Assembly: GCA_005789325.1 (NCBI GenBank)
Contig: SXYE01000067.1
Coordinates: 1 to 32,819, forward strand
Source of the DNA: Actinomycetota bacterium
GTDB taxonomy: Bacteria > Actinomycetota > Actinomycetes > S36-B12 > UBA5976
Direction of reading: 5' to 3'
DNA length: 32,819 bases
Shown: piece by piece, positions 10,723 through 19,149 of the stretch
Layout of the letters: each line of letters opens with the position of its first letter
How positions within the stretch are numbered: the stretch's first letter is position 1
Notes under the pieces: generated by a model
Told to the model about the DNA's origin: nothing
What the model saw: only the letters and a program-made list of their open reading frames with translations
The model's database searches: none
Position numbers and translations under genes: made by a program

Positions 10723-10908
10723 ATGGCCGCCAAATGCGATGTTTGTGGCAAAGGACCAGGTTTTGGTCACCAAGTTTCACATTCCAACGTTAAAACTAAA
10801 AGACGCTTCAATCCAAATATTCAAAGAGTTAAAGCTGTAATCAAGGGAACTCCAAAGCACGTTAATGTTTGTACTTCCTGCCTACGCGCAGGCAAAGTTA
10901 TTCGCTAA
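10723..10908 (+). CDS. rpmB: 50S ribosomal protein L28 (C+ zinc-binding form)
   Basis: [34 protein letters not shown]...CTSC matches L28. The ATG at 10723 is preceded by GGGAG. The track ORF starts at an upstream in-frame GTG at 10690, which I consider spurious. Confidence 0.92.
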   Translation: MAAKCDVCGKGPGFGHQVSHSNVKTKRRFNPNIQRVKAVIKGTPKHVNVCTSCLRAGKVIR

Positions 10909-11876
10909 CTAAATTTAAAATGATCGTGGCCTTTGGGGCCAAGAAAATGTTTCCCGTCAATTGTTACTTGCGCTTCACCTTTGAACACTTCCCCAATGAC
11001 TTTGAATCCATCAGGAACTTGTCTAGATCTTGGCAAGGTGGCAACAAAAGCATGATCATCTCCCCCAGTCATAACCCAAATCATGGGATCAACATTTAAA
11101 GCAGCTGCCACATCTAATATTTCTTGTTCAGGAATTAGGGCCGTGGTTTTAATATCAATGTGAACATCTGATGCTTTAGCGATGTGGTTTAAATCTTGCA
11201 ATAATCCGTCTGAAATATCAATCATGGAAGAAACAAAATCTTTAGCAATTGTTCCGGCAAAGTATGGAACCTTAGGTCTTCGGTGTGCATCACAAACTAT
11301 CTTGGGCGACTTGAATCCTCTTCTTAAAGCATTTAATCCTGCTTCAGCCCAACCCAAACGACCTGCCAAAATTACTAAATTTCCAGGTTCTGCACCACTT
11401 CTTTTGAGAGGTGCTTGGGATAAACCTGAATCATTAATGTTTCCTAAAGCGGTAATTGAAATAGTCAAAGTTTCAGATTTAGTGGTGTCTCCACCTACCA
11501 CGGCTGTGTTGACTAATGCTGCTTCTTCACATATCCCATCAACAAGTTCAATTAACCAATCAACTTTTGTTGCACTAGGAATTGCTAAACCAATAAGTAA
11601 AGCAGTTGGTGTGGCCCCTGTAGCAATGATGTCGGCTAAATTAGCGGCAGCTGCACGATGTCCAATGTCTCTTGCACTTGACCAATCTTTTTTAAAATGT
11701 TGACCTTCTACCAACATGTCAGTGGAAGCTACAACTCGAGAAGAATCAAGTTGAACAATTGCTGCATCATCGCCTAAGCCAAGTAAAACTTGCGAAGCCG
11801 GAGCAAGACGAGATTTGAGTAACTCAACAAAGCCAAATTCGCCTAAGTCGGCAATTGTTTGCTCACTCATCGTCAT
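10905..11876 (-). CDS. thiL: Thiamine-monophosphate kinase
   Basis: 323 aa, PurM/AIR-synthase-like fold signature (GDDAA, DxSDGL). It occupies the conserved position next to rpmB/recG. Its stop overlaps the rpmB stop by 4 nt (CTAA). Confidence 0.88.
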   Translation of the reverse strand: MTMSEQTIADLGEFGFVELLKSRLAPASQVLLGLGDDAAIVQLDSSRVVASTDMLVEGQHFKKDWSSARDIGHRAAAANLADIIATGATPTALLIGLAIPSATKVDWLIELVDGICEEAALVNTAVVGGDTTKSETLTISITALGNINDSGLSQAPLKRSGAEPGNLVILAGRLGWAEAGLNALRRGFKSPKIVCDAHRRPKVPYFAGTIAKDFVSSMIDISDGLLQDLNHIAKASDVHIDIKTTALIPEQEILDVAAALNVDPMIWVMTGGDDHAFVATLPRSRQVPDGFKVIGEVFKGEAQVTIDGKHFLGPKGHDHFKFS

Positions 11877-11949
11877 CTCCCCCTAACCAATTATCTAACT
11901 TAAATGTAAGTTTATGCTCACTATCGGATAAAGAAAGTTGAAAATCACA

Positions 11950-12186
11950 ATGAGTGTTCAGGCCTACATCTTGGTGCAAACCGACGTTGGCAAGTCAGAT
12001 GAGGTTGCTCAAGCAATCAATGCCATAGAAGGTGTGATTAATGCTGTTCACGTGACTGGTCCCTATGACGTCATTGTTCGAGCTGAAGCTAATTCGATTG
12101 ATGAACTTGCCAAGGTAGTTTTAACAAAAGTGCAGAGTGTAAAAGGCATAAGTAGAACACTTACCTGCCCAATCGTTAATCCCTAA
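11950..12186 (+). CDS. Stand-alone Lrp/AsnC-type ligand-binding (RAM) domain protein
   Basis: 78 aa from the ATG at 11950 (MSVQAYILVQTDVGK...VHVTGPYDVIVRAE...). This is the typical AsnC_trans_reg beta-alpha-beta-beta-alpha-beta pattern without an HTH. The track ORF begins at a TTG 4 codons upstream. Confidence 0.7.
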   Translation: MSVQAYILVQTDVGKSDEVAQAINAIEGVINAVHVTGPYDVIVRAEANSIDELAKVVLTKVQSVKGISRTLTCPIVNP

Positions 12187-13266
12187 CTAGTGCAAACCAA
12201 TAGGTCTATTTAAAGCCTCTTGGATTAAGTAATCAACTAATTCTTTGTATTTCATACCCGTTGCTTCCCACATTCGAGGAAACATCGAAATTGGGGTAAA
12301 GCCAGGCATGGTGTTTATTTCATTAACTAAAATTTCATCATCTTTGGTGATAAAGAAATCAATACGAGCTAAACCTTCGCAGTTAAAAAAGTCAAAAACA
12401 TTAACAGCCATCTTTTGTAGATCTGCTAGAACTTTCTTGTCAAGTTTTGCTGGCACAACTAACTCAGCAGAATCATCCATATATTTTGCTTCAAAATCAT
12501 AAAATTCATGTCCTTTTTTAACAATAATTTCTGCAGGTAAGGAGGCCTTGGCTGGTTTTCTTTCTTCACCAGTAATCACAGCACATTCAATTTCCCGAGC
12601 ATTTTCAATGCTTGCTTCCACAATAATTCTTTTATCGTGAAGTCTTGCCTCTTCTATAGCTTTTTCCACTTTTGAGAATTCTTTTATTTTTTGTATTCCC
12701 ACAGAGCTTCCAGCTCTTGCTGGTTTAACAAACACAGGCAAAGTTAGTTCTTGAATTTTCTTTAAAACGTTTGCTTTGTCATTAGTCCATTGTGAATCCA
12801 GAATTGTTACAAAATCTCCTACCGGAAATCCAGCTGCCTTTAATAAAGCTTTAGAAGTGGTTTTATCCATACCAATTGATGAGCTCAAAACCCCTGCCCC
12901 CACAAAAGCGATGGCATGTAAATCAATTAGTCCTTGAATAGTTCCATCTTCACCATATGGCCCATGCAATACCGGAAAAATAACATCTAAAGAAACTAAT
13001 TCTTCTGGTGGAAATTTAGAAAAGATTGCAGGTTTATTGTCTTGAATTCCTTCTTTTGTCACTTCAGGAAGTTCAGTTTTAGAAAGAGTTAGAAAGGGTG
13101 TTTTATCTGAGAAAATTACCCAAGAATTATCTTTGGTTATTCCAATAGGAATAACCTCATATTTTTCTCTGTCTATGACATTGATGATGCTGTTTGCAGA
13201 AATGCAAGAAATTGAATGCTCAGAAGATCTTCCTCCGAACAAAACTCCAACTCTTATTTTTTCCAC
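12187..13266 (-). CDS. ddl: D-alanine--D-alanine ligase
   Basis: 359 aa, ATP-grasp. N-terminal VGVLFGGRSSEHSIS and C-terminal NEINTMPGFT motifs. GTG start. Confidence 0.95.
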   Translation of the reverse strand: MEKIRVGVLFGGRSSEHSISCISANSIINVIDREKYEVIPIGITKDNSWVIFSDKTPFLTLSKTELPEVTKEGIQDNKPAIFSKFPPEELVSLDVIFPVLHGPYGEDGTIQGLIDLHAIAFVGAGVLSSSIGMDKTTSKALLKAAGFPVGDFVTILDSQWTNDKANVLKKIQELTLPVFVKPARAGSSVGIQKIKEFSKVEKAIEEARLHDKRIIVEASIENAREIECAVITGEERKPAKASLPAEIIVKKGHEFYDFEAKYMDDSAELVVPAKLDKKVLADLQKMAVNVFDFFNCEGLARIDFFITKDDEILVNEINTMPGFTPISMFPRMWEATGMKYKELVDYLIQEALNRPIGLH

Positions 13267-13275
13267 GAAAACATT

Positions 13276-14295
13276 CTATTCGTGTTCTGCTGTTATGGGC
13301 TGATCCAGCAAAGCAGACATCACATCATGAGCGTCATCGCCATCGCGAATCACTCTTAATACTTGGGCAGCAATGGGCATATCTAAATCATATTTTGCGG
13401 CAATTGCTAAAAGTGGTGCCAAACTTTTTGCACCTTCCACAGTTCCGTGAGCTTTTAATTGCGCTTCATCAATTGTGGCCCCATGTCCTAGGGCTTCACC
13501 AAAAGTTCTGTTTCTAGAAAGTGGTGATTGTGATGTTGCAATCAAATCACCAATCCCTGCTAAACCTAAAAATGTTTCAGTTTTAGCACCAAGAGCAACA
13601 CCGAGCCTTGTCATTTCTGCTAAACCTCTAGTAATTAGTGCCGATTGTGTGTTTTCACCAAGTCCTAAACCAACAGCAATCCCATTTGCAATTGCCACAA
13701 TGTTTTTGATCGCACCAGCTAATTCTGTACCCACAACATCTGTGGTCCAAAATGCTCGGAAATAATTAGTTGCCATCGCATTTGCCACATCTGCTGCAAC
13801 ATCTTCGTCAGTACAAGCAATCGTTGTGGCAGTTGGTTGACGATGGATAATCTCACCAGCCAAATTAGGTCCACTAACTACTGCTACCCGATTTTCAGAA
13901 CATTTAAATACATCGGCAATTACTTCAGAAATTCTCATTCGAGTTGAATTCTCAATACCTTTAATAAGTGAAACAAAAATCGCAGTAGAAGAAACAAAGC
14001 CTTTCCAGGCCTCTAAGTTTTCTCTTAATGATTGAGCAGGTAATGCAAAGAAGACTAGTTCTTTATTTTCTAAGGCATCTTTAGCCGAAGTAGTAGCGGT
14101 GATACGTGAAGACAGTTTTACCCCTGGATGAAATTTTGAGTTCTTGTTGTTTTCATTAATGTCTTTAACAACTGCTTCATTTCTTGCCCAAAGCAAAACA
14201 TTGTGACCAGAATCTGCTAAAACTTGAGCACAAGCTGTGGCCCATGCACCACCACCCATCACCGCAACTGTTTCTATGGTCTTTCCTTTGTCCAA
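13276..14295 (-). CDS. gpsA: NAD(P)H-dependent glycerol-3-phosphate dehydrogenase
   Basis: 339 aa with Rossmann VAVMGGGAWAT and conserved GpsA core motifs. TTG start with no clear SD, overlapping the plsC 3' end by 22 nt, so the exact start is uncertain. Confidence 0.9.
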   Translation of the reverse strand: MDKGKTIETVAVMGGGAWATACAQVLADSGHNVLLWARNEAVVKDINENNKNSKFHPGVKLSSRITATTSAKDALENKELVFFALPAQSLRENLEAWKGFVSSTAIFVSLIKGIENSTRMRISEVIADVFKCSENRVAVVSGPNLAGEIIHRQPTATTIACTDEDVAADVANAMATNYFRAFWTTDVVGTELAGAIKNIVAIANGIAVGLGLGENTQSALITRGLAEMTRLGVALGAKTETFLGLAGIGDLIATSQSPLSRNRTFGEALGHGATIDEAQLKAHGTVEGAKSLAPLLAIAAKYDLDMPIAAQVLRVIRDGDDAHDVMSALLDQPITAEHE

Positions 14296-14996
14296 GGCAA
14301 TCTTTGTGCCGGCGGAGTTTGATTCCTAATGATTGCTAATTCATTAGTTATCGCATCCATAATTCTAGAGGTCGCCTCTTTGAGTAATTCTCCGGTGATT
14401 TCCTGGTCATAAAGATCAGATAATTCAACAGGTTTTCCAGCAGCAACAATCATGGTTTTGCGGGGAAAAAGTTTTAATTTCTTTGAATATGGCGCCAAAA
14501 CTAATTGTGCGCCCCAGTGCGCAACCGGAATAACAGGAGCTTTGGTAGCAAGTGCGATACGTGCTGCACCAGTTTTTCCATCCATGGGCCAAAGATCTGG
14601 ATCTCTAGTTAGTGTTCCTTCAGGACTTAACACCACTGCTTCACCTTTTTCAACAGCAGCAATGGCACCTCGAACAGCAATTTTTGCATGTCGTGATTCA
14701 CGATAAACAGGAATTTGTCCAGCTAAATAAACAAGTTGACCAATTACTGGAACTTTAAATATCGCAGATTTTGCTAAGAATTTTGGCGGACGATTGTTAT
14801 CCCACATAAACTGTGCCACCACAAAAGGATCAAACCAAGAATTGTGATTCATAGCTGCGATAATTCCTGAATCAATATTTAGATTTTGCCCGCCGCGATA
14901 ATCGCGCTTAGTTATTAAAACCAAAAGTGGGCGAAGTATAAAAACAATTAATCTGTAAACAAATCCCAAACGAGATTTTTGCGAGACCCGGGCCAT
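14274..14996 (-). CDS. plsC: 1-acyl-sn-glycerol-3-phosphate acyltransferase
   Basis: 240 aa. HX4D acyltransferase motif NHNSWFDP and a PEGT block, with an N-terminal hydrophobic segment. Confidence 0.85.
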   Translation of the reverse strand: MARVSQKSRLGFVYRLIVFILRPLLVLITKRDYRGGQNLNIDSGIIAAMNHNSWFDPFVVAQFMWDNNRPPKFLAKSAIFKVPVIGQLVYLAGQIPVYRESRHAKIAVRGAIAAVEKGEAVVLSPEGTLTRDPDLWPMDGKTGAARIALATKAPVIPVAHWGAQLVLAPYSKKLKLFPRKTMIVAAGKPVELSDLYDQEITGELLKEATSRIMDAITNELAIIRNQTPPAQRLPWTKERP

Positions 14997-15016
14997 ACCC
15001 TGTATCCAATCAGCAT

Positions 15017-15049
15017 GATGCCCGGTAGCAGAAACTGCGACCGGGCATC
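15017..15049 (-). terminator. Stem-loop 18 nt downstream of hup; probable intrinsic terminator without a U-tract
   Basis: GATGCCCGGT (15017-15026) is perfectly complementary to ACCGGGCATC (15040-15049), and an inner GCAG/CTGC pairing extends the stem. No T-run follows on either strand, which is common for actinobacterial terminators. The plsC start lies only about 20 nt beyond it. Confidence 0.5.
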
Positions 15050-15067
15050 AACTTAAAAATCAGCGAA

Positions 15068-15451
15068 TTAGCGCTTCTTTTTTGCTTTTTTCTTCAAACC
15101 AAGAATTGACTTGCCTTTTGAAACCTTTTTGGTTTTTTTGGCAGTAGCTTTTTTGGCTTTCTTTGCTGCTCTTTTTCCACCAAGCACGATTGCTTTGAAA
15201 TCTGCTGCTGGTCTGAATTTGGCAACTGTCTTGGCAGGAACTTTTACTGGAGCACCTGTCATTGGGTTACGTGCCATTCTGGCTGGGCGGTTTTTCTTTT
15301 CCCAGATACCAAATCCTGCGATTGAAACCTTGTCACCTGATGCAACTGCATTGGTGATCGTGTCAAAAAACACATCTACGAAATCTAGAGCTTGACGACG
15401 ATTGGCTTCAAAATGTTGTTGCACTAAGTCTGCTAAGTCTGGCTTCTTCAA
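15068..15451 (-). CDS. hup: HU-type nucleoid protein with Lys/Ala-rich C-terminal tail (HupB/Hlp-like)
   Basis: 127 aa. HU fold (GFGIWEKKNRPARMARNPMTG) followed by a KKAKKATAKKTKK...KKKAKKKR tail. TTG start with AGAAAGG upstream. Confidence 0.92.
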   Translation of the reverse strand: MKKPDLADLVQQHFEANRRQALDFVDVFFDTITNAVASGDKVSIAGFGIWEKKNRPARMARNPMTGAPVKVPAKTVAKFRPAADFKAIVLGGKRAAKKAKKATAKKTKKVSKGKSILGLKKKAKKKR

Positions 15452-15489
15452 CTTTTCGAACCTTTCTAAAGTTCTTTAGCTTTTTATGG

Positions 15490-15516
15490 CTAGCAATAAA
15501 AGATTTTTATTGCTAG
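15490..15516. repeat. Perfect 12-bp inverted repeat with 3-nt spacer, about 40 nt upstream of the hup start
   Basis: CTAGCAATAAAA-GAT-TTTTATTGCTAG read directly from the sequence. It lies in the 194-nt leuD-hup spacer. Confidence 0.8.
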
Positions 15517-15645
15517 GGATAAAATTACGCAATAAAATAAGGGTTTTTTGCACGACACACCCAAAAAGTTCTTATTTTATAGGCAAAATTTGAATTGATA
15601 TTCGAAAAATCGAAGTTTTATGGAACAAAATGTTACTGGTGTGAC

Positions 15646-16233
15646 TTACAAAGTGACAGGTTTATAACTAGGACGAGACTTTTCAAACTCAGTTATCTTG
15701 GATTCGTGACGAAGAGTTAAGCCAATATCGTCCAAACCTTCCATTAAACGCCATCTAACATAGTCATCTATTTGAAAATCTGCGAGCAAGTCCCCTGCTT
15801 TGACTTGTCTTTTATCCAGATCAACGGTTATTTGAGTGTTGGGATCTTTTTCAATCATGGCCCAAATCTTTTCAATCACATCTTGGGGAACTTCTGCTGT
15901 GACAAGTCCTGCTTTGCCAGAGTTACCACGGAAGATATCTGCATAGCGAGACGACAAAACCACTTTGAACCCATAATCCATCAATGCCCAAACGGCATGT
16001 TCGCGAGAAGATCCTGTGCCAAATTCAGGTCCAGCAACCAAGATTGTGGCCTTTTTGTATTCAGGTTTGTTCAACACAAAACTTGGGTCTTCACGCCAGG
16101 CTTTAAACAAAGCATCTTCAAATCCGTGACGAGTAATACGTTTTAAGTATTCGGCAGGAATGATTTGATCGGTGTCAACGTTACTTCTTCTTAAAGGCAG
16201 ACCTGTACCTGTGTGAGTTACGAATTTTTCCAT
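15646..16233 (-). CDS. leuD: 3-isopropylmalate dehydratase small subunit
   Basis: 195 aa of the aconitase swivel-domain family. Its start overlaps the leuC stop by 1 nt (TAATG). Confidence 0.95.
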   Translation of the reverse strand: MEKFVTHTGTGLPLRRSNVDTDQIIPAEYLKRITRHGFEDALFKAWREDPSFVLNKPEYKKATILVAGPEFGTGSSREHAVWALMDYGFKVVLSSRYADIFRGNSGKAGLVTAEVPQDVIEKIWAMIEKDPNTQITVDLDKRQVKAGDLLADFQIDDYVRWRLMEGLDDIGLTLRHESKITEFEKSRPSYKPVTL

Positions 16234-17633
16234 TATTTGATTTCATCCGGTGTTGAAAGGTGTCCAGTAATTGCTGTAGCTGCAGCCACTAAAGGTGAAA
16301 CTAAATGAGTTCTTCCCCCGGGGCCCTGTCGACCTTCGAAATTTCTATTTGAAGTAGAGGCAGCGCGCTCTCCTGGTTTTAATTTGTCAGGATTCATTCC
16401 CAAACACATTGAACATCCAGCACTGCGCCAATCTGCTCCTGCTGCCTTAAAGATTGCAGGTAAACCTTCATGTTCTGCTTGAATGGCAACTTTGGCACTT
16501 CCTGGAACAACCATCATGCGCACACTGGAAGCAACTTTTTGACCTTTCAAAATTGCTGCAGCTGCTCTTAAGTCTTCAATGCGACCATTGGTGCAGGAAC
16601 CCAAAAATACGGTGTCAACTTTGATATCACGCATTTTTGTTCCAGCCTTAAGATCCATATAAACAAGTGCACGTTCTGCTGCTGTTTTTTCAGTTGGGTC
16701 AGTAAATGAATTTGGATCTGGCACAACATCATCAATTGATACACCTTGGCCTGGATTTGTTCCCCAGGTAACAAAAGGTGTTAGAGAGTTGGCATCAATT
16801 ATGACTTCAGCATCAAATTTGGCATCATCATCAGTTTTTAAAGTTTTCCAATAAGAAACAGCATCGTCCCAGTCTTTACCTTTAGGGGCATATTCGCGAC
16901 CCTTCATGTATTCAAAAGTGGTTTCATCAGGGGCAATCATTCCTGCTCTTGCTCCTGCTTCAATACTCATGTTGCAAATTGTCATTCGTCCTTCCATGGA
17001 CAATGCACGAATTGCTTCACCGCGATATTCCAAAACATAACCTTGACCACCACCTGTACTAATTTTGGCGATCACAGCCAAAATAATGTCTTTTGCAGTT
17101 GATCCTTGAGGAAGTTTGCCATTAACAGTTATAGCCATAGTTTTAAATGGCTTTAGTGGCAATGTTTGGGTAGCAAGCACATGCTCAACTTCACTGGTGC
17201 CAATACCAAAAGCTAAAGCCCCAAAAGCACCATGAGTTGAGGTATGAGAATCTCCACAAACAACAGTCATTCCTGGTTGCGTTAAACCAAGTTGTGGTCC
17301 AACAACGTGCACAATTCCTTGATCAATATCTCCTAGAGAAAAAATCTTTAAGCCAAATTCTTTGGCATTATTTCTGAGAGCATCAACTTGTGCTCTAGAA
17401 ACTAAATCTGCAATTGGTTTATCAATATCTTGGGTGGGAACGTTATGATCTTCTGTCAAAAGTGTTAAATCAGGGCGACGAACTTTTCTATTGGCTGCTC
17501 TTAAGCCATCAAATGCTTGTGGAGAGGTAACTTCGTGAACTAAATGAAGATCAATAAAAAGTAAATCTGGTTCGCCACTTGCTTGGTGCACAATGTGTGC
17601 ATCCCAAACTTTTTCTGCAAGTGTCTTACCCAC
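16233..17633 (-). CDS. leuC: 3-isopropylmalate dehydratase large subunit
   Basis: 466 aa of the aconitase family with Fe-S cysteine motifs GSCTNGR and [11 protein letters not shown] start with AAGGAG upstream. Confidence 0.96.
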   Translation of the reverse strand: MGKTLAEKVWDAHIVHQASGEPDLLFIDLHLVHEVTSPQAFDGLRAANRKVRRPDLTLLTEDHNVPTQDIDKPIADLVSRAQVDALRNNAKEFGLKIFSLGDIDQGIVHVVGPQLGLTQPGMTVVCGDSHTSTHGAFGALAFGIGTSEVEHVLATQTLPLKPFKTMAITVNGKLPQGSTAKDIILAVIAKISTGGGQGYVLEYRGEAIRALSMEGRMTICNMSIEAGARAGMIAPDETTFEYMKGREYAPKGKDWDDAVSYWKTLKTDDDAKFDAEVIIDANSLTPFVTWGTNPGQGVSIDDVVPDPNSFTDPTEKTAAERALVYMDLKAGTKMRDIKVDTVFLGSCTNGRIEDLRAAAAILKGQKVASSVRMMVVPGSAKVAIQAEHEGLPAIFKAAGADWRSAGCSMCLGMNPDKLKPGERAASTSNRNFEGRQGPGGRTHLVSPLVAAATAITGHLSTPDEIK

Positions 17634-17668
17634 TTTTTATTTCTCCTTTACTTTTCTATTGCCTCGTG

Positions 17669-17741
17669 TAGCCCCGACGGGATTCGAACCCGCGCTACCG
17701 CCTTGAGAGGGCAGCGTGCTAGGCCGCTACACAACGGGGCT
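17669..17741 (-). tRNA. tRNA-Glu (anticodon CUC)
   Basis: The minus strand reads AGCCCCG-TT-GTGT-AGCGGCCTA-GCAC-G-CTGCC-CTCTCAA-GGCGG-TAGC-GCGGG-TTCGAAT-CCCGT-CGGGGCT-A. All four arms pair, the TPsiC loop TTCGAAT is present, and CCA is not encoded. Confidence 0.88.
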
Positions 17742-17788
17742 GTAGGAAAATCCGTTTCAGTAATTCTAACAGCGCGAAGAAAAAGTAA

Positions 17789-17807
17789 AATTCGTAGTTA
17801 GCGAATT
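17789..17807 (-). terminator. Weak hairpin spanning the stop codon of the lldD-like gene, followed by a T-rich tract
   Basis: The minus strand reads AATTCG-CTAACTA-CGAATT followed by TTACTTTTTCTT. The stem is only 6 bp and AT-rich, so termination efficiency is doubtful. Confidence 0.3.
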
Positions 17808-19015
17808 CTCACACGATCAGGTGTTAGTTCATCCAAACTTGTGATGCCCAGAAGTCTCATTGACATTTCAATTTCAGCTTTAAGCAATTGCACAACACGA
17901 TCCACCCCTTGTTCGCCACCTGCCATCAAGCCATACAGGTAAGCACGTCCAATCAAAACAGCATTTGCACCCAAACCAATAGCGGCCAAAATATCTGTGC
18001 CGGCCATCACACCACCGTCAATCAAAACTGTGAAATCTTTACCAACAGCTTTTCTAACTTCTGGAAGAAGTTCTAAGGGCACAGGTGCCTTATCCATTTG
18101 TCTTCCACCATGCGTAGAAAGAATTATTCCGTCAACTCCTGCTTCTTTGAGCATTAATGCATCCTCAACTGATTGCACACCTTTAATTAATAATTTTCCA
18201 CTCCAAACAGATTTAAGCCATTTAATATCTTCTAAAGTAATTGAGGGATCAAAAATCTTTGATAATAAATCAGCAACTGTTCCGCCGCTATCTTTCATAT
18301 CTAGGGAGGCAAAAACAAGTGGTTCAGTAGTTAAAAGATTCATCCACCACTTTGGATATCTGGCCATGCCAATCAATGTTTTTAAAGTCAATTTTGGTGG
18401 AATTGTTAAACCATTTTTAACGTCTCTATATCTCACGCCACCAACTACTGTGTCAACAGTCAAAACAATAGTTTCATATCCTGAAGCTTTTACTCTTTCA
18501 ATTAGTCTCTCGTTTGGTTCTCTTTCACGTCTTACATATAACTGATACCAGCGACGCACATTTGGAACTTGTTTAGCTAAATCTTCGGGTGAAGTTGTGC
18601 CTAGAGTTGATAAACCATAAAGAATTCCATATTTTTCTGCCACTCGAGCAACTGCTGGTTCACCTTCGTAACCCATCATGCGAGTAAATCCAGTTGCAGC
18701 AAATGCAAAAGGTAATGCGTTCTTTTTTCCTAAAATATCAACGGATGTATCAACGTTTGTCACATCTCTTAACACGCGAGGAGAAAATTCAACGTTATTA
18801 AATGTTTCTCTGGCTCTATTAAGACTTGCTTCAGAACCTGATGCACCATCGGTGTAATCAAAAACGGAACGAGGGGTTCTTTTTGAAGCTATTTCTCTAA
18901 TATCCCAAATGTTGGTGGCTTTATTAAGTCTTACTTGTTTTCTATTTAGGTTGGGCCATCTAAAACCAATTAATGAAATTACTTCTAAGGGGCGAGGAAA
19001 CCTGCGCTTAACCAT
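17798..19015 (-). CDS. FMN-dependent alpha-hydroxy-acid dehydrogenase/oxidase (LldD / glycolate oxidase family)
   Basis: 405 aa of the FMN_dh family: STHGGRQMD active-site block, a GG...G FMN-phosphate-binding C-terminus and a TIM-barrel pattern. Substrate cannot be assigned from the sequence. Confidence 0.85.
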   Translation of the reverse strand: MVKRRFPRPLEVISLIGFRWPNLNRKQVRLNKATNIWDIREIASKRTPRSVFDYTDGASGSEASLNRARETFNNVEFSPRVLRDVTNVDTSVDILGKKNALPFAFAATGFTRMMGYEGEPAVARVAEKYGILYGLSTLGTTSPEDLAKQVPNVRRWYQLYVRREREPNERLIERVKASGYETIVLTVDTVVGGVRYRDVKNGLTIPPKLTLKTLIGMARYPKWWMNLLTTEPLVFASLDMKDSGGTVADLLSKIFDPSITLEDIKWLKSVWSGKLLIKGVQSVEDALMLKEAGVDGIILSTHGGRQMDKAPVPLELLPEVRKAVGKDFTVLIDGGVMAGTDILAAIGLGANAVLIGRAYLYGLMAGGEQGVDRVVQLLKAEIEMSMRLLGITSLDELTPDRVRIR

Positions 19016-19072
19016 GAGGTCCTATTCGAAGAATAAGTTGTTGAACCAAAAATTACTACATCACTAATCTTG

Positions 19073-19144
19073 CTGGGGTACTAGGACTCGAACCTAGACA
19101 AGCGGATCCAGAAACCGCTGGGCTGCCAATTACCCCATACCCCA
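19073..19144 (-). tRNA. tRNA-Gln (anticodon CUG)
   Basis: The minus strand reads TGGGGTA-TG-GGGTAATTGGCAGCCC-A-GCGGT-TTCTGGA-TCCGC-TTGT-CTAGG-TTCGAGT-CCTAG-TACCCCA-G. The acceptor and T arms are perfect, with one U-U at positions 31-39 of the anticodon stem. It starts 5 nt after the gltX stop, the usual actinobacterial position. Confidence 0.82.
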
Positions 19145-19149
19145 CTGGC

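Noticed and set aside
11182-11703. A 173-aa plus-strand ORF.
   Set aside because: It is entirely antisense to thiL, which has clear family motifs and synteny. It has no recognisable domain or ribosome-binding site.
15486-15593. A 35-aa plus-strand ORF (MASNKRFLLLGIKLRN...) in the leuD-hup spacer.
   Set aside because: It has no SD, runs through the AT-rich palindrome, and its composition simply reflects AT-rich spacer sequence. It also lies on the strand opposite to all local transcription.
17997-18545. A 182-aa plus-strand ORF.
   Set aside because: It is antisense to the FMN-dependent dehydrogenase gene. It is Ser/Thr/Pro-rich and low-complexity, with no independent support.
17798-19015. 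The idea that the LldD-like protein is MftD of a mycofactocin system, or that the tRNA-flanked segment is an integrative element.
   Set aside because: No mftA/B/C/E/F-like genes or radical-SAM ORFs lie nearby. There is no integrase, no direct repeat of a tRNA 3' end and no obvious compositional shift. Only a generic FMN_dh family call is justified.
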